From Flavobacteriales bacterium (GTDB taxonomy: Bacteria > Bacteroidota > Bacteroidia > Flavobacteriales_C > GCA-002722245), in the NCBI GenBank assembly GCA_002722245.1, contig PBLA01000003.1:23190-87189 (forward strand): 64,000 nucleotides of DNA. Reading direction: 5' to 3'. Positions 42,841 to 53,800 of this stretch are shown in pieces; the first letter of the stretch is position 1, and each line of letters begins with the position of its first letter. The translations under genes were made by a program, and so were the position numbers. Under the pieces are notes generated by a model. The model made no database searches and was not told the origin of the DNA. It saw nothing but the letters and a program-made list of their open reading frames with translations.

Positions 42841-43974
42841 ATGAACCATCGCGTTCAATGCATTAATGTTGTAACTTGCAAGCAGATGAGATTAAAAAAA
42901 ATTAAGTTCGAAGCGAACGTTAGACCAGAATTTGCAAAGGTTCTGAAAGCAAGAGTAGACGATTATTTTAAAACCAACAAGATTGATCGTTACGGAAATT
43001 TAAATATGTTCTTGAAAGCAATAACAATGATATCATTGTTCTTTATCCCACTTGTTGTCATTTTTACTAAAACAGTTATTAATCCTTTGGGAGTAATAGG
43101 CTTATGGTGTTTAAGTGGCATTGGAATGGCAGGTATCGGCTTATCCATTATGCATGACGGTAATCATGGAGCATTTTCTCGCAATAAAACGGTAAACCGC
43201 TGTATGGGTTTAATGCTAAATGTTGTTGGTGGTAGTGCAAAATTATGGAAATTGCAGCATAATGTATTACATCATACATTTACTAATGTAGAAGGTATGG
43301 ATGAAGATATTGATGGCCCAGGTTTTTTTAGATTTTCGCCTCACCATAAGCACAAAACAGTACATAAATATCAACATTTATTTTTTGTATTTGCCTACGG
43401 CTTAATGACTTTTGGTTGGGTTATGTGGAAAGATTATCTACAAGTATTTCGATTCAAAAAGAAAGGGTTAATTAAAGAGCAAGAGTTTAAAAAAGAATTG
43501 TCTTTAATCATTATCTGGAAACTGGTTTACTTTACATACATATTACTATTTCCCTTAGTTGTTCTCAAATTGCCGGTTGGATTAACTCTTCTGGGATGGT
43601 TTTTGATGCACTATGTATGTAGCCTCATTTTAAGTTTAATATTTCAATTAGCTCATGTAATGCCAGAAATGGAATTCCCCAAAGAAAATTCAAAAAACAT
43701 GATTGAAAATAACTGGACTATTCACCAGTTAGAAACTACAGCTAACTTTTCTCAAAAAAGCAGATTATTCTCTTGGTATATTGGTGGTTTAAATTATCAA
43801 ATTGAACACCACTTATTCTCTGGAATATGTCACGTTCATTATCGCAAATTATCCAATATTGTAAGAGATACTGCCAAAGAATATAACATTCCATATTATA
43901 CAAACGGAAGTTTTTTCGCGGCTTTAGGAAGGCATTATCAAATATTAAAAAAATTCGGAAAGGTTCCAGCCTAA
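42841..43974 (+). CDS. Membrane fatty-acid/lipid desaturase (three His-box)
   Basis: His boxes HDGNHG, HNVLHH(T), QIEHHLF, with TM helices between them. Alternative start at Met 42886. Confidence 0.85.
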   Translation: MNHRVQCINVVTCKQMRLKKIKFEANVRPEFAKVLKARVDDYFKTNKIDRYGNLNMFLKAITMISLFFIPLVVIFTKTVINPLGVIGLWCLSGIGMAGIGLSIMHDGNHGAFSRNKTVNRCMGLMLNVVGGSAKLWKLQHNVLHHTFTNVEGMDEDIDGPGFFRFSPHHKHKTVHKYQHLFFVFAYGLMTFGWVMWKDYLQVFRFKKKGLIKEQEFKKELSLIIIWKLVYFTYILLFPLVVLKLPVGLTLLGWFLMHYVCSLILSLIFQLAHVMPEMEFPKENSKNMIENNWTIHQLETTANFSQKSRLFSWYIGGLNYQIEHHLFSGICHVHYRKLSNIVRDTAKEYNIPYYTNGSFFAALGRHYQILKKFGKVPA

Positions 43975-43975
43975 C

Positions 43976-44743
43976 TTACAAATTGAATAATTTTTTAGCA
44001 TTTTCAGTTGTTGCCTCAGCCACAGTTTGAACGGTTTCTCCTTTTACTTGCGATAATTTCTCTGCAATATACATTAGATAGGAAGGCTCATTCCTTTTCC
44101 CTCTCTTTGGGGTAGGTGCTAAGTATGGAGAATCTGTTTCCAGAACCAGTTCATTTAAAGGAACTTGAGCAATTGTTTTATCCAAACCTGATTTTTTATA
44201 GGTTAATACTCCTCCTACACCCATTTTAAATCCTCCGTAGCTCATTATCTTTCGAGCTTCATCGAGGCCACCGGTAAAGCAGTGAAAAACTCCGGTTAAA
44301 GACTCGGTATTTTCCTCGTCAATAATTTGAAAAATTTCTTGAAAGCTCTCTCGTGCGTGAATCGCAATTGGTTTTCCCAATTCTCTTGCCCATTGTATTT
44401 GTTGACGGAATGCATCTTGCTGGATTCCTAAAGTTGTTTTATCCCAATATAAATCAATTCCTATCTCTCCAACAGCGCAATAATTCCGCTTTTTAAACCA
44501 GGTTTTACATGCAGAGAGTTGCTGCAGATAGTCATCCTTAACATAACAAGGATGAACTCCCATCATACTCTTAAAAAAGTCTGGGTTTTCATCCTCCAAC
44601 AAATGCATTCTCTCAATCGATTCAACATCAACATTAGGCATCAAAACTTGCTGTACCCCGTGATTTTTAAACCGATTTATACACTCAACCAGATCCTCAT
44701 TGAATTCCTTTAAGTATAAATGAGCATGGGTATCAATTAGCAT
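43976..44743 (-). CDS. tatD: TatD-family metal-dependent hydrolase/DNase
   Basis: MLIDTHAHL…; conserved His/Asp/Glu metal ligands typical of TatD. Confidence 0.9.
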   Translation of the reverse strand: MLIDTHAHLYLKEFNEDLVECINRFKNHGVQQVLMPNVDVESIERMHLLEDENPDFFKSMMGVHPCYVKDDYLQQLSACKTWFKKRNYCAVGEIGIDLYWDKTTLGIQQDAFRQQIQWARELGKPIAIHARESFQEIFQIIDEENTESLTGVFHCFTGGLDEARKIMSYGGFKMGVGGVLTYKKSGLDKTIAQVPLNELVLETDSPYLAPTPKRGKRNEPSYLMYIAEKLSQVKGETVQTVAEATTENAKKLFNL

Positions 44744-44800
44744 GTGACAAAATTATTAAAAACTTTGACTCTTCTCTAATAAGATTAACCATCCGAATAA

Positions 44801-47287
44801 TTATTCCTGAAAATAGACTCTTTTCACTCTTGGAGAAATACCCGTTAAAGCCTCATAGGGTATCGTATCCATTAACTTAGCAAATTTTTGGATAGGAAAT
44901 CCTTCACCAAATACAACCACTTCATCACCTTCCTCTGCATCAATATTAGAGATGTCCAGCATACACATATCCATACATACATTACCCACAATAGGAGCTT
45001 TATGACCTTTAATCATCATATATCCCCTTCTCCTTCCTAAACTTCTTCTCAAACCATCTGCATAACCAATTGGAACAGTAGCAATAATAATATCTCGTGT
45101 TGGCATTTCCATTCGTGAATACCCCACAGAGTCATGAGCAGGAATATGCTTAATTTGAGAAATGGTTGTTTTTAACTCTGAAACAGGCTTCAGTTTCGCT
45201 TGATGCTCAGGAAAACTACTTACCCCATACATACCTATCCCCAATCTTACCATGTCAAATTGTGCTTCAGGAAATGCAAGAGCACCCGCTGAATTAACAA
45301 TATGGCGAAAGATTTTTCCGCCTAATATTTCAACAATTTTTTTGCTCATTCGAGCAAATAATTCAATTTGATCATGGGTGAACAATCGATGAATCGGTTC
45401 GTCGGCAGTTGACAAATGACTAAATACACTCTTAACACGAAGAAACTTATGATTTTTAATGTGAATGATTAACTTGTGTAAATCCGTTTCCTCAAAACCC
45501 AATCGGTGCATACCGGTGTCTAACTTTAAATGAATAGGATACCCTTCTGGCTTATTGTAGCCACTGCGCTTTAGTGCTTTAATAAATAAATCAAATACTT
45601 TAAACGAATAGATTTCTGGTTCCAAGTAATTTTGAATCATTAAATCATAAGACTGTTGCTCAGGATTCATAACCATAATAGGCAAAGTAATTCCGGCTCT
45701 CCTCAACTCCACACCCTCATCTGCATAAGCAACTGCTAAATAATCAACACGGTTAAATTGAAGCACATTGGCAATTTCAAAAGAACCACTACCATATGAG
45801 AAGGCTTTTACCATAGCCATTACTTTCGTAGATGCGTTCAATTGGGCTTTAAAATAGTTTAGATTATCAACAATGGCGTTTAAATTAATTTCCAAAACTG
45901 TTTCGTGGACACGCTTTTGAAAAAGTGCACTAATTCGTTCAAATCCAAAAGGCCTAGCTCCCTTTAATAAAATAGTTTCATTTTTAAACTTTGAAAGATC
46001 AATAGATGCAATAAAATCATTTGTTGTAGTAAAAAACTGCGTGTCTTTTGGGAATAAATCTTGTTGGGCGCAGATGTTTTTTCCAATACCGATAATTTTT
46101 TTAACCCCTTTGTTAGCCAACAAGCTAGACACTAACCCATAAAGTTCTTCATCGAGTTTTCCAGATTGTAAAATATCGGATATAATAATCGTTTTATGAA
46201 GATGTTGCTTTTGTTGCTCCATGAAATCTAGAGCGATTTCTAAACTCCCAAAGTCCGAATTGTAATAATCATTAATAATAGAGCAATTGTTTAATCCTTC
46301 TTTGAGCTCTAATCGCATAGCAACAGGAGCTAAGGTCTTCATACGTGAATTAATCCATTCATTATCATATCCTAAATGAAGTAAAACAGCCCAACAACTT
46401 ATGCAGTTTTCAATACTTGCTGTATCATTAAAAGGAATGTGTAACTTTAAAAACTCATTTTTAAACACAGCTTGAACTGTACTATCAACATCCGTTTTAC
46501 TAACTTTCCCAATCATTAAATCTGCAGGGAGTTTTCTACTCCATGTAAAAGTATTAAGGGTTCTATATTTTGCTTTTTTAGTGAGTGAATTGTGAACCGG
46601 AAGAAAATCTCTACAATAAATTAATGATTGTGCATTTTCAAATAATCGCAATTTTTCCTTCGCTTTTTCATCCCAATTTTTAAAATTCTCATCATGGGCT
46701 CCACCAAGGTTTGTTAGCACCCCCAATGTAGGCTGAATCATGAATTCCAATTTCCCCATTTCACCGGGTTGAGAAATCCCCGCCTCGAAAATCCCAAAGT
46801 TGTTTTTCTCCTCTGTTTGCCAAATACTTAACGGTACACCAACTTGAGAATTATAGCTTTTAGGGCTTTTAACAATATTGTATTCCTCCTTTAGCAACTG
46901 ATACAACCATTCTTTCACGATTGTTTTCCCATTACTTCCTGTAATTCCAATCACTGGAAAGTCAAAACGCTTCCGATGATTATGCGCCATCAACTGAAGT
47001 GCAATCAATGTATCTGGCACTTTAATTACCCAAGCATCTTTTAAAAGTGTTAAATTAATCGACTGATCAACTATAAATGTTCTTATTCCTTTTTGATAAA
47101 CCTCCGATAAAAAATCATGTCCATCGTGACGATCACCCTTCACCGCAATAAAAACCGAGCTATCGGTGTTTGCAACTCTCCGGCTATCAATTAAAATAGA
47201 CTGTATAGTTAAATTATTACCTCCTTTCTGGATAACACTTCCATCACAAAGACTAACAAGATCATTTATCACATAGGGTTGACTCAT
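44801..47287 (-). CDS. murF: Bifunctional UDP-MurNAc-tripeptide--D-Ala-D-Ala ligase (MurF) / alanine racemase (Alr) fusion
   Basis: N-terminal Mur ligase P-loop GITGSNGKT. The C-terminal half carries the alanine-racemase PLP motif VMAMVKAFSYGSG and a TIM-barrel-like region. Confidence 0.85.
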   Translation of the reverse strand: MSQPYVINDLVSLCDGSVIQKGGNNLTIQSILIDSRRVANTDSSVFIAVKGDRHDGHDFLSEVYQKGIRTFIVDQSINLTLLKDAWVIKVPDTLIALQLMAHNHRKRFDFPVIGITGSNGKTIVKEWLYQLLKEEYNIVKSPKSYNSQVGVPLSIWQTEEKNNFGIFEAGISQPGEMGKLEFMIQPTLGVLTNLGGAHDENFKNWDEKAKEKLRLFENAQSLIYCRDFLPVHNSLTKKAKYRTLNTFTWSRKLPADLMIGKVSKTDVDSTVQAVFKNEFLKLHIPFNDTASIENCISCWAVLLHLGYDNEWINSRMKTLAPVAMRLELKEGLNNCSIINDYYNSDFGSLEIALDFMEQQKQHLHKTIIISDILQSGKLDEELYGLVSSLLANKGVKKIIGIGKNICAQQDLFPKDTQFFTTTNDFIASIDLSKFKNETILLKGARPFGFERISALFQKRVHETVLEINLNAIVDNLNYFKAQLNASTKVMAMVKAFSYGSGSFEIANVLQFNRVDYLAVAYADEGVELRRAGITLPIMVMNPEQQSYDLMIQNYLEPEIYSFKVFDLFIKALKRSGYNKPEGYPIHLKLDTGMHRLGFEETDLHKLIIHIKNHKFLRVKSVFSHLSTADEPIHRLFTHDQIELFARMSKKIVEILGGKIFRHIVNSAGALAFPEAQFDMVRLGIGMYGVSSFPEHQAKLKPVSELKTTISQIKHIPAHDSVGYSRMEMPTRDIIIATVPIGYADGLRRSLGRRRGYMMIKGHKAPIVGNVCMDMCMLDISNIDAEEGDEVVVFGEGFPIQKFAKLMDTIPYEALTGISPRVKRVYFQE

Positions 47288-47362
47288 ACTTACAAAAGTA
47301 ACATTTTCATTAAGCTAATTTTGAACTCCCTTATACCGCTATTTAAATTAAATTGCACATTT

Positions 47363-48796
47363 TTAATGTAAAGACAAATTAATCTGTTTGATTAACCATT
47401 TTTTATCGGCCAGTTGTTTTTCGGATTCAATTTCCTTAGATAACTCACTTACTTTTACTGTTAGTTCCTCCCTTGAATAATGTACTCTTTTATCAAAAAT
47501 TCTAGATAACTTAAGAATATATTTTAAGAATGAAGTGTAGGAATTTTTTTGAATCTCAGCCAAAGAATCCTCTCTTTTTAAATAGGACTTAAAATTTTTC
47601 ACCGAACTTTCGACCGATAAGGTATCTTTCGTTTCCAAATAAATTTTTATTTGCAAAGATCTATAGGCCAATTGGTAGAAAACATCCTTAAAATTAACAA
47701 AAGTTAAGTTTCTTTGAGCCCCTTTATAATCTCCTTGAGCAAATAATATATTTGCCTGATTATAATTGTATATCATAGATTTGTCTTCACTAGGAATATA
47801 TTGAATATATGAATCAAGAAATTTCTCAGCCCATATGAATTCTTTTGCTCTGATGGCAACTTCAATAATATTCTTATAAGACCGATCATGAACGAAAGAA
47901 TTTACCACCAAAAAATCATTATCTACCTGAAATTTCATGATATTAAATAATTCTTGAATATAATCTTCACCATTGTTAACCTTCTTAATACAATGATTAA
48001 TCGAATGTTGGATGAAATTCGTTATTTCCGATCGCGGAGAAACATCTATATTTTCCTTAATTGAATTTAAAAAAACATTAAACTCTTCTCGCGTAAACTC
48101 TTCTGTAAATAAATCTATCAATCTTAAATAAAGATGAAGAGATGGATACTTGCTAAACTCATTTGGCCTATTTTCAATAAATGCTCTTATCTCATCAAAA
48201 AATGTCTTTTTATATTTAGCACTTATTAATCGCTCTCTGACACTCATTTCAATATAAATTTGTAATTTATTGAAGACATAAAAAGCATCTAATGAGTAAG
48301 ACTTGTCTTGAAGTACTTCTGAATATGGTAAGCTAGTATCCTTATTGTACCCTTTATCTATTTCTACATCTGCCAAAAAATCAAATAATAGTTCTTCATT
48401 TGATTTAATCTTGGATTCATCAATTTGTTTCTTTGTTTCCTTAAAGTGCTTCTGAATTGATTTTCCAGAAATTCTCATATTCAATTCTGACACTTTAATA
48501 TATTGTTTCAAATGAGGTCTGTTTTCTGTGTGAACAGTGATTAGATATTGCTCGGCCAACTTATATAAAGCTGACATATCATTATTTAAATTTTTAGATT
48601 TCGTTACTAATTCCAACTTTTCCTTTTTAATCTTTGAAAAATTAGGATGAACCTTTTCCATTACCCTTACAATATCAACAAAGACTTGATTTTTATTATA
48701 ATAAGGGGACGCTATGAAATCAACAAACTTGGACATCTCCTTTGAGGAAAATGTTTCCAAAAGAACACATAATTTACTTCCAGCAATATCTGACAT
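47363..48796 (-). CDS. Hypothetical cytoplasmic alpha-helical (TPR-like) protein, paralog 1 of a divergent pair
   Basis: 477 aa with no signal peptide. Clear paralogy to 49199..50653 (e.g. DRSYKNIIEVAIRAKEFIWAEKFL…MIYNYNQANILFAQGDY…FYQLAYRSLQIKIY versus DRTIKNIIEVAIRAEKYQWAENFL…MIYNYNFANINFGMNN…FYQLSYRILLIKIY). No family recognised. Confidence 0.7.
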   Translation of the reverse strand: MSDIAGSKLCVLLETFSSKEMSKFVDFIASPYYNKNQVFVDIVRVMEKVHPNFSKIKKEKLELVTKSKNLNNDMSALYKLAEQYLITVHTENRPHLKQYIKVSELNMRISGKSIQKHFKETKKQIDESKIKSNEELLFDFLADVEIDKGYNKDTSLPYSEVLQDKSYSLDAFYVFNKLQIYIEMSVRERLISAKYKKTFFDEIRAFIENRPNEFSKYPSLHLYLRLIDLFTEEFTREEFNVFLNSIKENIDVSPRSEITNFIQHSINHCIKKVNNGEDYIQELFNIMKFQVDNDFLVVNSFVHDRSYKNIIEVAIRAKEFIWAEKFLDSYIQYIPSEDKSMIYNYNQANILFAQGDYKGAQRNLTFVNFKDVFYQLAYRSLQIKIYLETKDTLSVESSVKNFKSYLKREDSLAEIQKNSYTSFLKYILKLSRIFDKRVHYSREELTVKVSELSKEIESEKQLADKKWLIKQINLSLH

Positions 48797-48933
48797 CTAC
48801 AATAGCTAAGTATATCAAAATTAAGATTTTAGTTTTAAACCCTGTATTTCTTAAAAAGAAATATATTTAATCAAAGTAACTAATAAATGAGGTTCTTATT
48901 CTCCGTTATAAGATTACAAATTTAACAAGTAAT

Positions 48934-49130
48934 TTACTGCACAAAAACCCATCCGTAAGCAGTTAAATTTCCAGACTGGAATTCTATAAGATATACCCCC
49001 TTCTCGAATTCAGAAAGGTTCAAAACCTGAGTTGGAGGTTATATAATAATTATGCCAATTTATTTTTTCCAAGATTATAATAATTTCAGGGTCTCCAATA
49101 AATAACATTTGTGTATCTCCTATCACAATC
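48934..49130 (-). pseudogene. Orphan remnant of a T9SS type-A C-terminal sorting domain (3' gene fragment, stop-interrupted)
   Basis: Reverse-strand translation gives PPTQVLNLSEFEKGVYLIEFQSGNLTAYGWVFVQ*, preceded in-frame by a TAA. About 80-85% nucleotide identity to the real 3' end of the FG-GAP cargo gene (54468-54570) and to the fragment at 56772-56880. Confidence 0.55.
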
Positions 49131-49198
49131 ATTTCTTACAAAAAGTATATCAAAATCGAGTAATAAAAGATTTTTTTACATTTTGCTAATTTTATAAG

Positions 49199-50653
49199 AT
49201 GATTGAAAAAGAAATATCCAAAAGTAAATTAGGTGTTTTGCTGAAGGCTTTATCTAAAAAGGAATATAACTCTTTTATTAAATACCTAGATTCCCCATTA
49301 TTTAACAAAAAAAAAGAATTTCACGAAGCAGCTAAGTTTTTATTCAAATTTCACCCCTCGTTTGAAAATAAGGACTTATCGAAAGAATTATTAAAAAAAC
49401 ATCTGAATAAGAGTACAAAAAAACTAAATAATATAAACTCATTAATGAATGGACTCTTGAGGCATGGAGAGGAGTTTCTTGTTCATAATCATGTATCAGA
49501 GTCACAAGGACTAAAGGATTTAATCTTACTATCAGAATTTAATAACAGATCGATTAAAAAAGGTTTTGAAAATCATGTTAAAAGCTCTGATCATAGAATT
49601 GAAAAAATATCTGTTCAATCATTTGATCAAATTCTCAATTCATTCCTTATTGAGCACGAAATCGATGTAGCTTTTTCAAAAGATCAGAGTCTTCCATTTG
49701 ATCAAGCTATCATTTCTAAAACTACACAATTAGATGTATTCTTTTTTTATTGCAAACTAAAAACCTATTGCGAAATAATTTCGCGTTCTCAATTTTTAAA
49801 GGTCAAATATCCTACTGATAATTTTGAAAAAACATTAGAATGGCTAAAAAACTTTCCCGAACTAATAAAAAATCCTTCTATAAAAATATACTTTGGTCTA
49901 GTTCAATTACTGAAAAACTTCGAAAATGATGAGATCTATTCGAAATATATAATCACCCTAAAAGAAGAATACAATAACTTCAATAAAGATGAATGCATAA
50001 ACCTTTTTCAAACCGTATCAAATCATTGTATTAGAAGAATAAACAACGGTTCAAGTCATTACTTAAAAGAACTGTTTAATATTTATGAATTTCAAGCAGA
50101 AAAAGACCTGCTTGTAAAGGAAGGTTTTCTACACGACAGAACAATCAAAAACATTATAGAAGTTGCTATCCGAGCTGAAAAATATCAGTGGGCTGAAAAT
50201 TTTCTTGTGCAACATATTGATTTTGTTGACAAAGATCAAAAAGAGATGATTTACAACTATAATTTTGCAAACATAAATTTTGGTATGAACAATTTAAAAA
50301 CGGCAAAAAAACATTTAGTGTTTGTTAATATAAAAGACCCCTTTTACCAACTATCTTACAGAATCTTACTAATTAAGATATATTATTCAATTAATGACTT
50401 TGAAGCTCTATCTAGTACTATTTCAAATTTCAAAGCATTTTTTAATAGAGAAAAAAACATCTCAGAAATTCAAAAAGCTATTTTCTCAAACTTACTTTTT
50501 TTCATACACAAGTTGGTTTTGTTAAAGGAGAAAAAAAATCATCTTGAAACCAAAAAATTCTCAATTAAAAAAGAAGAGCTTAAGGCCCAAATTAATAGTG
50601 AAAACAAGATAGCCGATAGAGGGTGGTTACTAAATGAATTTGAAAAAGTATAA
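49199..50653 (+). CDS. Hypothetical cytoplasmic alpha-helical (TPR-like) protein, paralog 2 of a divergent pair
   Basis: 484 aa with no signal peptide. N-terminal SKLGVLLKALSKKEYNSFIKYLDSPLFNKKKEF parallels SKLCVLLETFSSKEMSKFVDFIASPYYNKNQVF of paralog 1. The C-terminal helical repeats are also conserved between the two. Confidence 0.7.
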   Translation: MIEKEISKSKLGVLLKALSKKEYNSFIKYLDSPLFNKKKEFHEAAKFLFKFHPSFENKDLSKELLKKHLNKSTKKLNNINSLMNGLLRHGEEFLVHNHVSESQGLKDLILLSEFNNRSIKKGFENHVKSSDHRIEKISVQSFDQILNSFLIEHEIDVAFSKDQSLPFDQAIISKTTQLDVFFFYCKLKTYCEIISRSQFLKVKYPTDNFEKTLEWLKNFPELIKNPSIKIYFGLVQLLKNFENDEIYSKYIITLKEEYNNFNKDECINLFQTVSNHCIRRINNGSSHYLKELFNIYEFQAEKDLLVKEGFLHDRTIKNIIEVAIRAEKYQWAENFLVQHIDFVDKDQKEMIYNYNFANINFGMNNLKTAKKHLVFVNIKDPFYQLSYRILLIKIYYSINDFEALSSTISNFKAFFNREKNISEIQKAIFSNLLFFIHKLVLLKEKKNHLETKKFSIKKEELKAQINSENKIADRGWLLNEFEKV

Positions 50654-50795
50654 TTTAAGGTAATATTTTTTTTGATAATACTCCTTTCGAAGAAGTATTT
50701 AATTCAAAACTTAAGCTGAAATTGTCATTGAAAATGGTCTTTGAATTGAATTAGGAGAATTCCATTATTACTAAAAAAATGTATTTATTTACATA

Positions 50796-50830
50796 AAAAA
50801 GCCGAGGTAAAATTGGCCTCGGCTTTTATT
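50796..50830. terminator. Bidirectional rho-independent terminator between convergent genes
   Basis: AAAAAAGCCGAGGtaaaattgGCCTCGGCTTTTATT. Confidence 0.65.
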
Positions 50831-50844
50831 AAGTTTTTCAAATT

Positions 50845-53800
50845 TTATTTTTTAATAAAGGAAATTGTCTCAACTTTAGCATCTCCAGAAACAACTATTG
50901 AATAATAACCTGATACTAGGCCAGAAACATCAATTTTTGATTTCCCTATTACCATATCCATCTCTTGAGATAAAACTATTTGTCCATGCGCATTAAACAC
51001 CTGAAGCTTCATTCCCTCTGATTGCTCATTATCCGAAAATAAAGACACATTTAACTCGTTTTCAGCAGGATTTGGATAGACTTCTAACATACTGCTCTCA
51101 ATAGACTTAACAGCCGTTCCTTCTTCATATACTGGATCTAAAATTTCAGCATATGAAATGACTTCTGTGTCAAACGATCTCGGAGTAAACATAGGATTAT
51201 TCTCATCGTCATCACACGTCAAGTTAGTATTTAGTTGCATTTGCTGATTAAACCCGTTTAATTGCGCAGCACACGAGGCAGTTGAATGATACTGGAAATT
51301 TTGAGTGATGTTTACCGTATTAAACGTAAAAGTATTTACTCCAAAGTTATTAGCCATGTTCATGGTTCCGCTAATACAAAATACATCAATTGCTGTGTTT
51401 GAATTACTCCAGAAGGTATTTAAACCTGGCGAAATTGCGGTTCCAAAATCAATGTTTTGTGAATTATTTACATATAAACCAGCATTTGAATAGTTATAAA
51501 GGAAGTTATTTCTGACAGAACCTCCTGAATTTCTGAATAAATATATTGGATTGCTAGAATCGTATATACAGTTTGAATGAATGTTACACCCATTTCCATC
51601 TCTAATAAACATTCCTACTCCGCTTCTAGCTGTTCTTCCGTTAAATTTGTTCATATCAATCTTATTGCACATAACATTCAAATCACTTCTTCTAGAAAAA
51701 ATCCCATAAAGCTCATTGTTTAACAAATCATTACTTGTAATTTGACCTGTACTATTAATTGTACTGATTCCTGTATTAAATCCAGAAATTTCATTTTCTT
51801 TTACTTTAAAGTTATTACTATTCCATAATGAAACAGCAGGAATTCGAACTGTATTACCTCTGTTAAGTATGCCGTTTGATATGGTATTATTTAACATCCA
51901 AACTTGGTTTCCACCACGAATTGAAATCTGAATATCAAAATTAAATGCTCCATTATTGGATAAACCGTTACTTACAGAAATAGTATTTGCTTCAATGTTT
52001 AAAGGATAAACTGATCGTCTACCAAGATTAGCCTCTATGGATGTTGAATTTCCAGAAAAATTATTTTGAGAAATTGTAGCTCCAGAAGCATTCATTTTAA
52101 TTCCGTGAAATTGTATTGATGTATTTGAGGAATATGATACAAAGTCGTTTTGACTAATACCTCCTGAGATCTCTGAACGAGAAATGTTAACTCCACTTGG
52201 TTCATTGTTGTTGATTGATACTTGACGTCCACAATCCTCATATAAAGGAAAGTCTGTATCTACCTTAAACTCATTCCCCGTAATACTTCTTGCAAAGTCT
52301 GTTCTGGAATCGACATTTACACCATACAAACAATTCTCGAATAAGTTGTTTGTTACCGAACCTTCTGTACTTTGAAAATCTAACGCCATAGTTGCATTGA
52401 TAAACGTACTGGAATTTACATCAACAGTATTTACGTTGTTAAAAACCAAACCATGCCAGGTATTAACCAAGTCGCATGGTCTAAAAACAGAGTTGTTTGC
52501 TTTTAACGTTGCACCGTTGTTAAATACAATTGCGGCACATTTTCCAAACACAACATCAACGTTTGTAATGTCTAATTCAGCAGCATCCACTGTAACAGTT
52601 ATATTGTCTCCGATCAAAATTTTACCCTCCCAAACTGTACCACTGGATATTATTTGATCCGCCAAAATCTGCTGTAATTCATTAATATTTGCTGATTGCA
52701 ACAAGCAGCAATTATTTGATTCTTCAACCTCAATAGTAGCAATATCCTGACATCCATTAATATATGTTACTACAGATTGATACGAGCCCGTCTCATCAAT
52801 TTCTAACGTATTACCACCAATTTCAATGAGTTGTCCATCTAAAAACCACTCATATGTTTGCACTAAATGGTTTATATTAACGTCAAGCCCTGAAATTATG
52901 GCATGAGCTTCTACCGCTAATTCAGCTGTTTCTCCGGGACAAATTGACTCCTCTGTACTCGTTAATATTGTATTCAATGCAGATTCACTAGTAAAATTAG
53001 GAAGACCAAAACCTCGTGTTGCAGTATTTGTATTTTGAAAAACATTTGGATTATAATTTGGATTAGCGCTACCCGTATTAGTTATTCTACCAACTGTTTG
53101 AGAGGCAGCGGCTACCCATCCCGCATTACTAACATGATAAATATTTCCATCCACACCAGTTTGAAGTCCACCGCCAAGATCGTTCCAACCGGATCCTTGA
53201 CCTGACCACCATATTCGGCTAATAGAATTGTTATTGTTTAGGTCAATTTGGTACAACTCACTCGGGCCATAACACCCATAGTATAAATATTGTCCATTTA
53301 TAGAGTATTCCAAATCAACTACGGCTGAAGTTGCTCCAGGGAAAGTTGTTGCTCCAATTGTATTACCAACTCCATTAAATGTACCTGTTTGCGTATTAAA
53401 TGTCTCCATCATAATAATGCTTGATCTAGGAGCTGCTGTGAAAACCGACCATGCTACTTCTACATTTATATTATCATTTAGTCTTGTTGCAGAATATGTA
53501 GGGTTTAAAACCGCATTATTAGGAACGTTTCCTATGTTAAACTGATTAGAATATTGTATTCCGTTTGAACTAATTTTATATACTGCAAAGGTTGATGCAT
53601 TATCAACAACTTTCGTAATTAACCAGTATTCAAAAGGGTTTGTAAGATTTGGAATGGCTATAATACCTTCTTGTACATTAACTCCAGATAAAGGATTATT
53701 TAATGTTGGTAAAGCCCCATTAAATTGAGAAAAAACACCTGTTGCAGCATCATAAACGTGAACTAATAAATCTCTACCGTTACCATTATTTGTTGGATCC

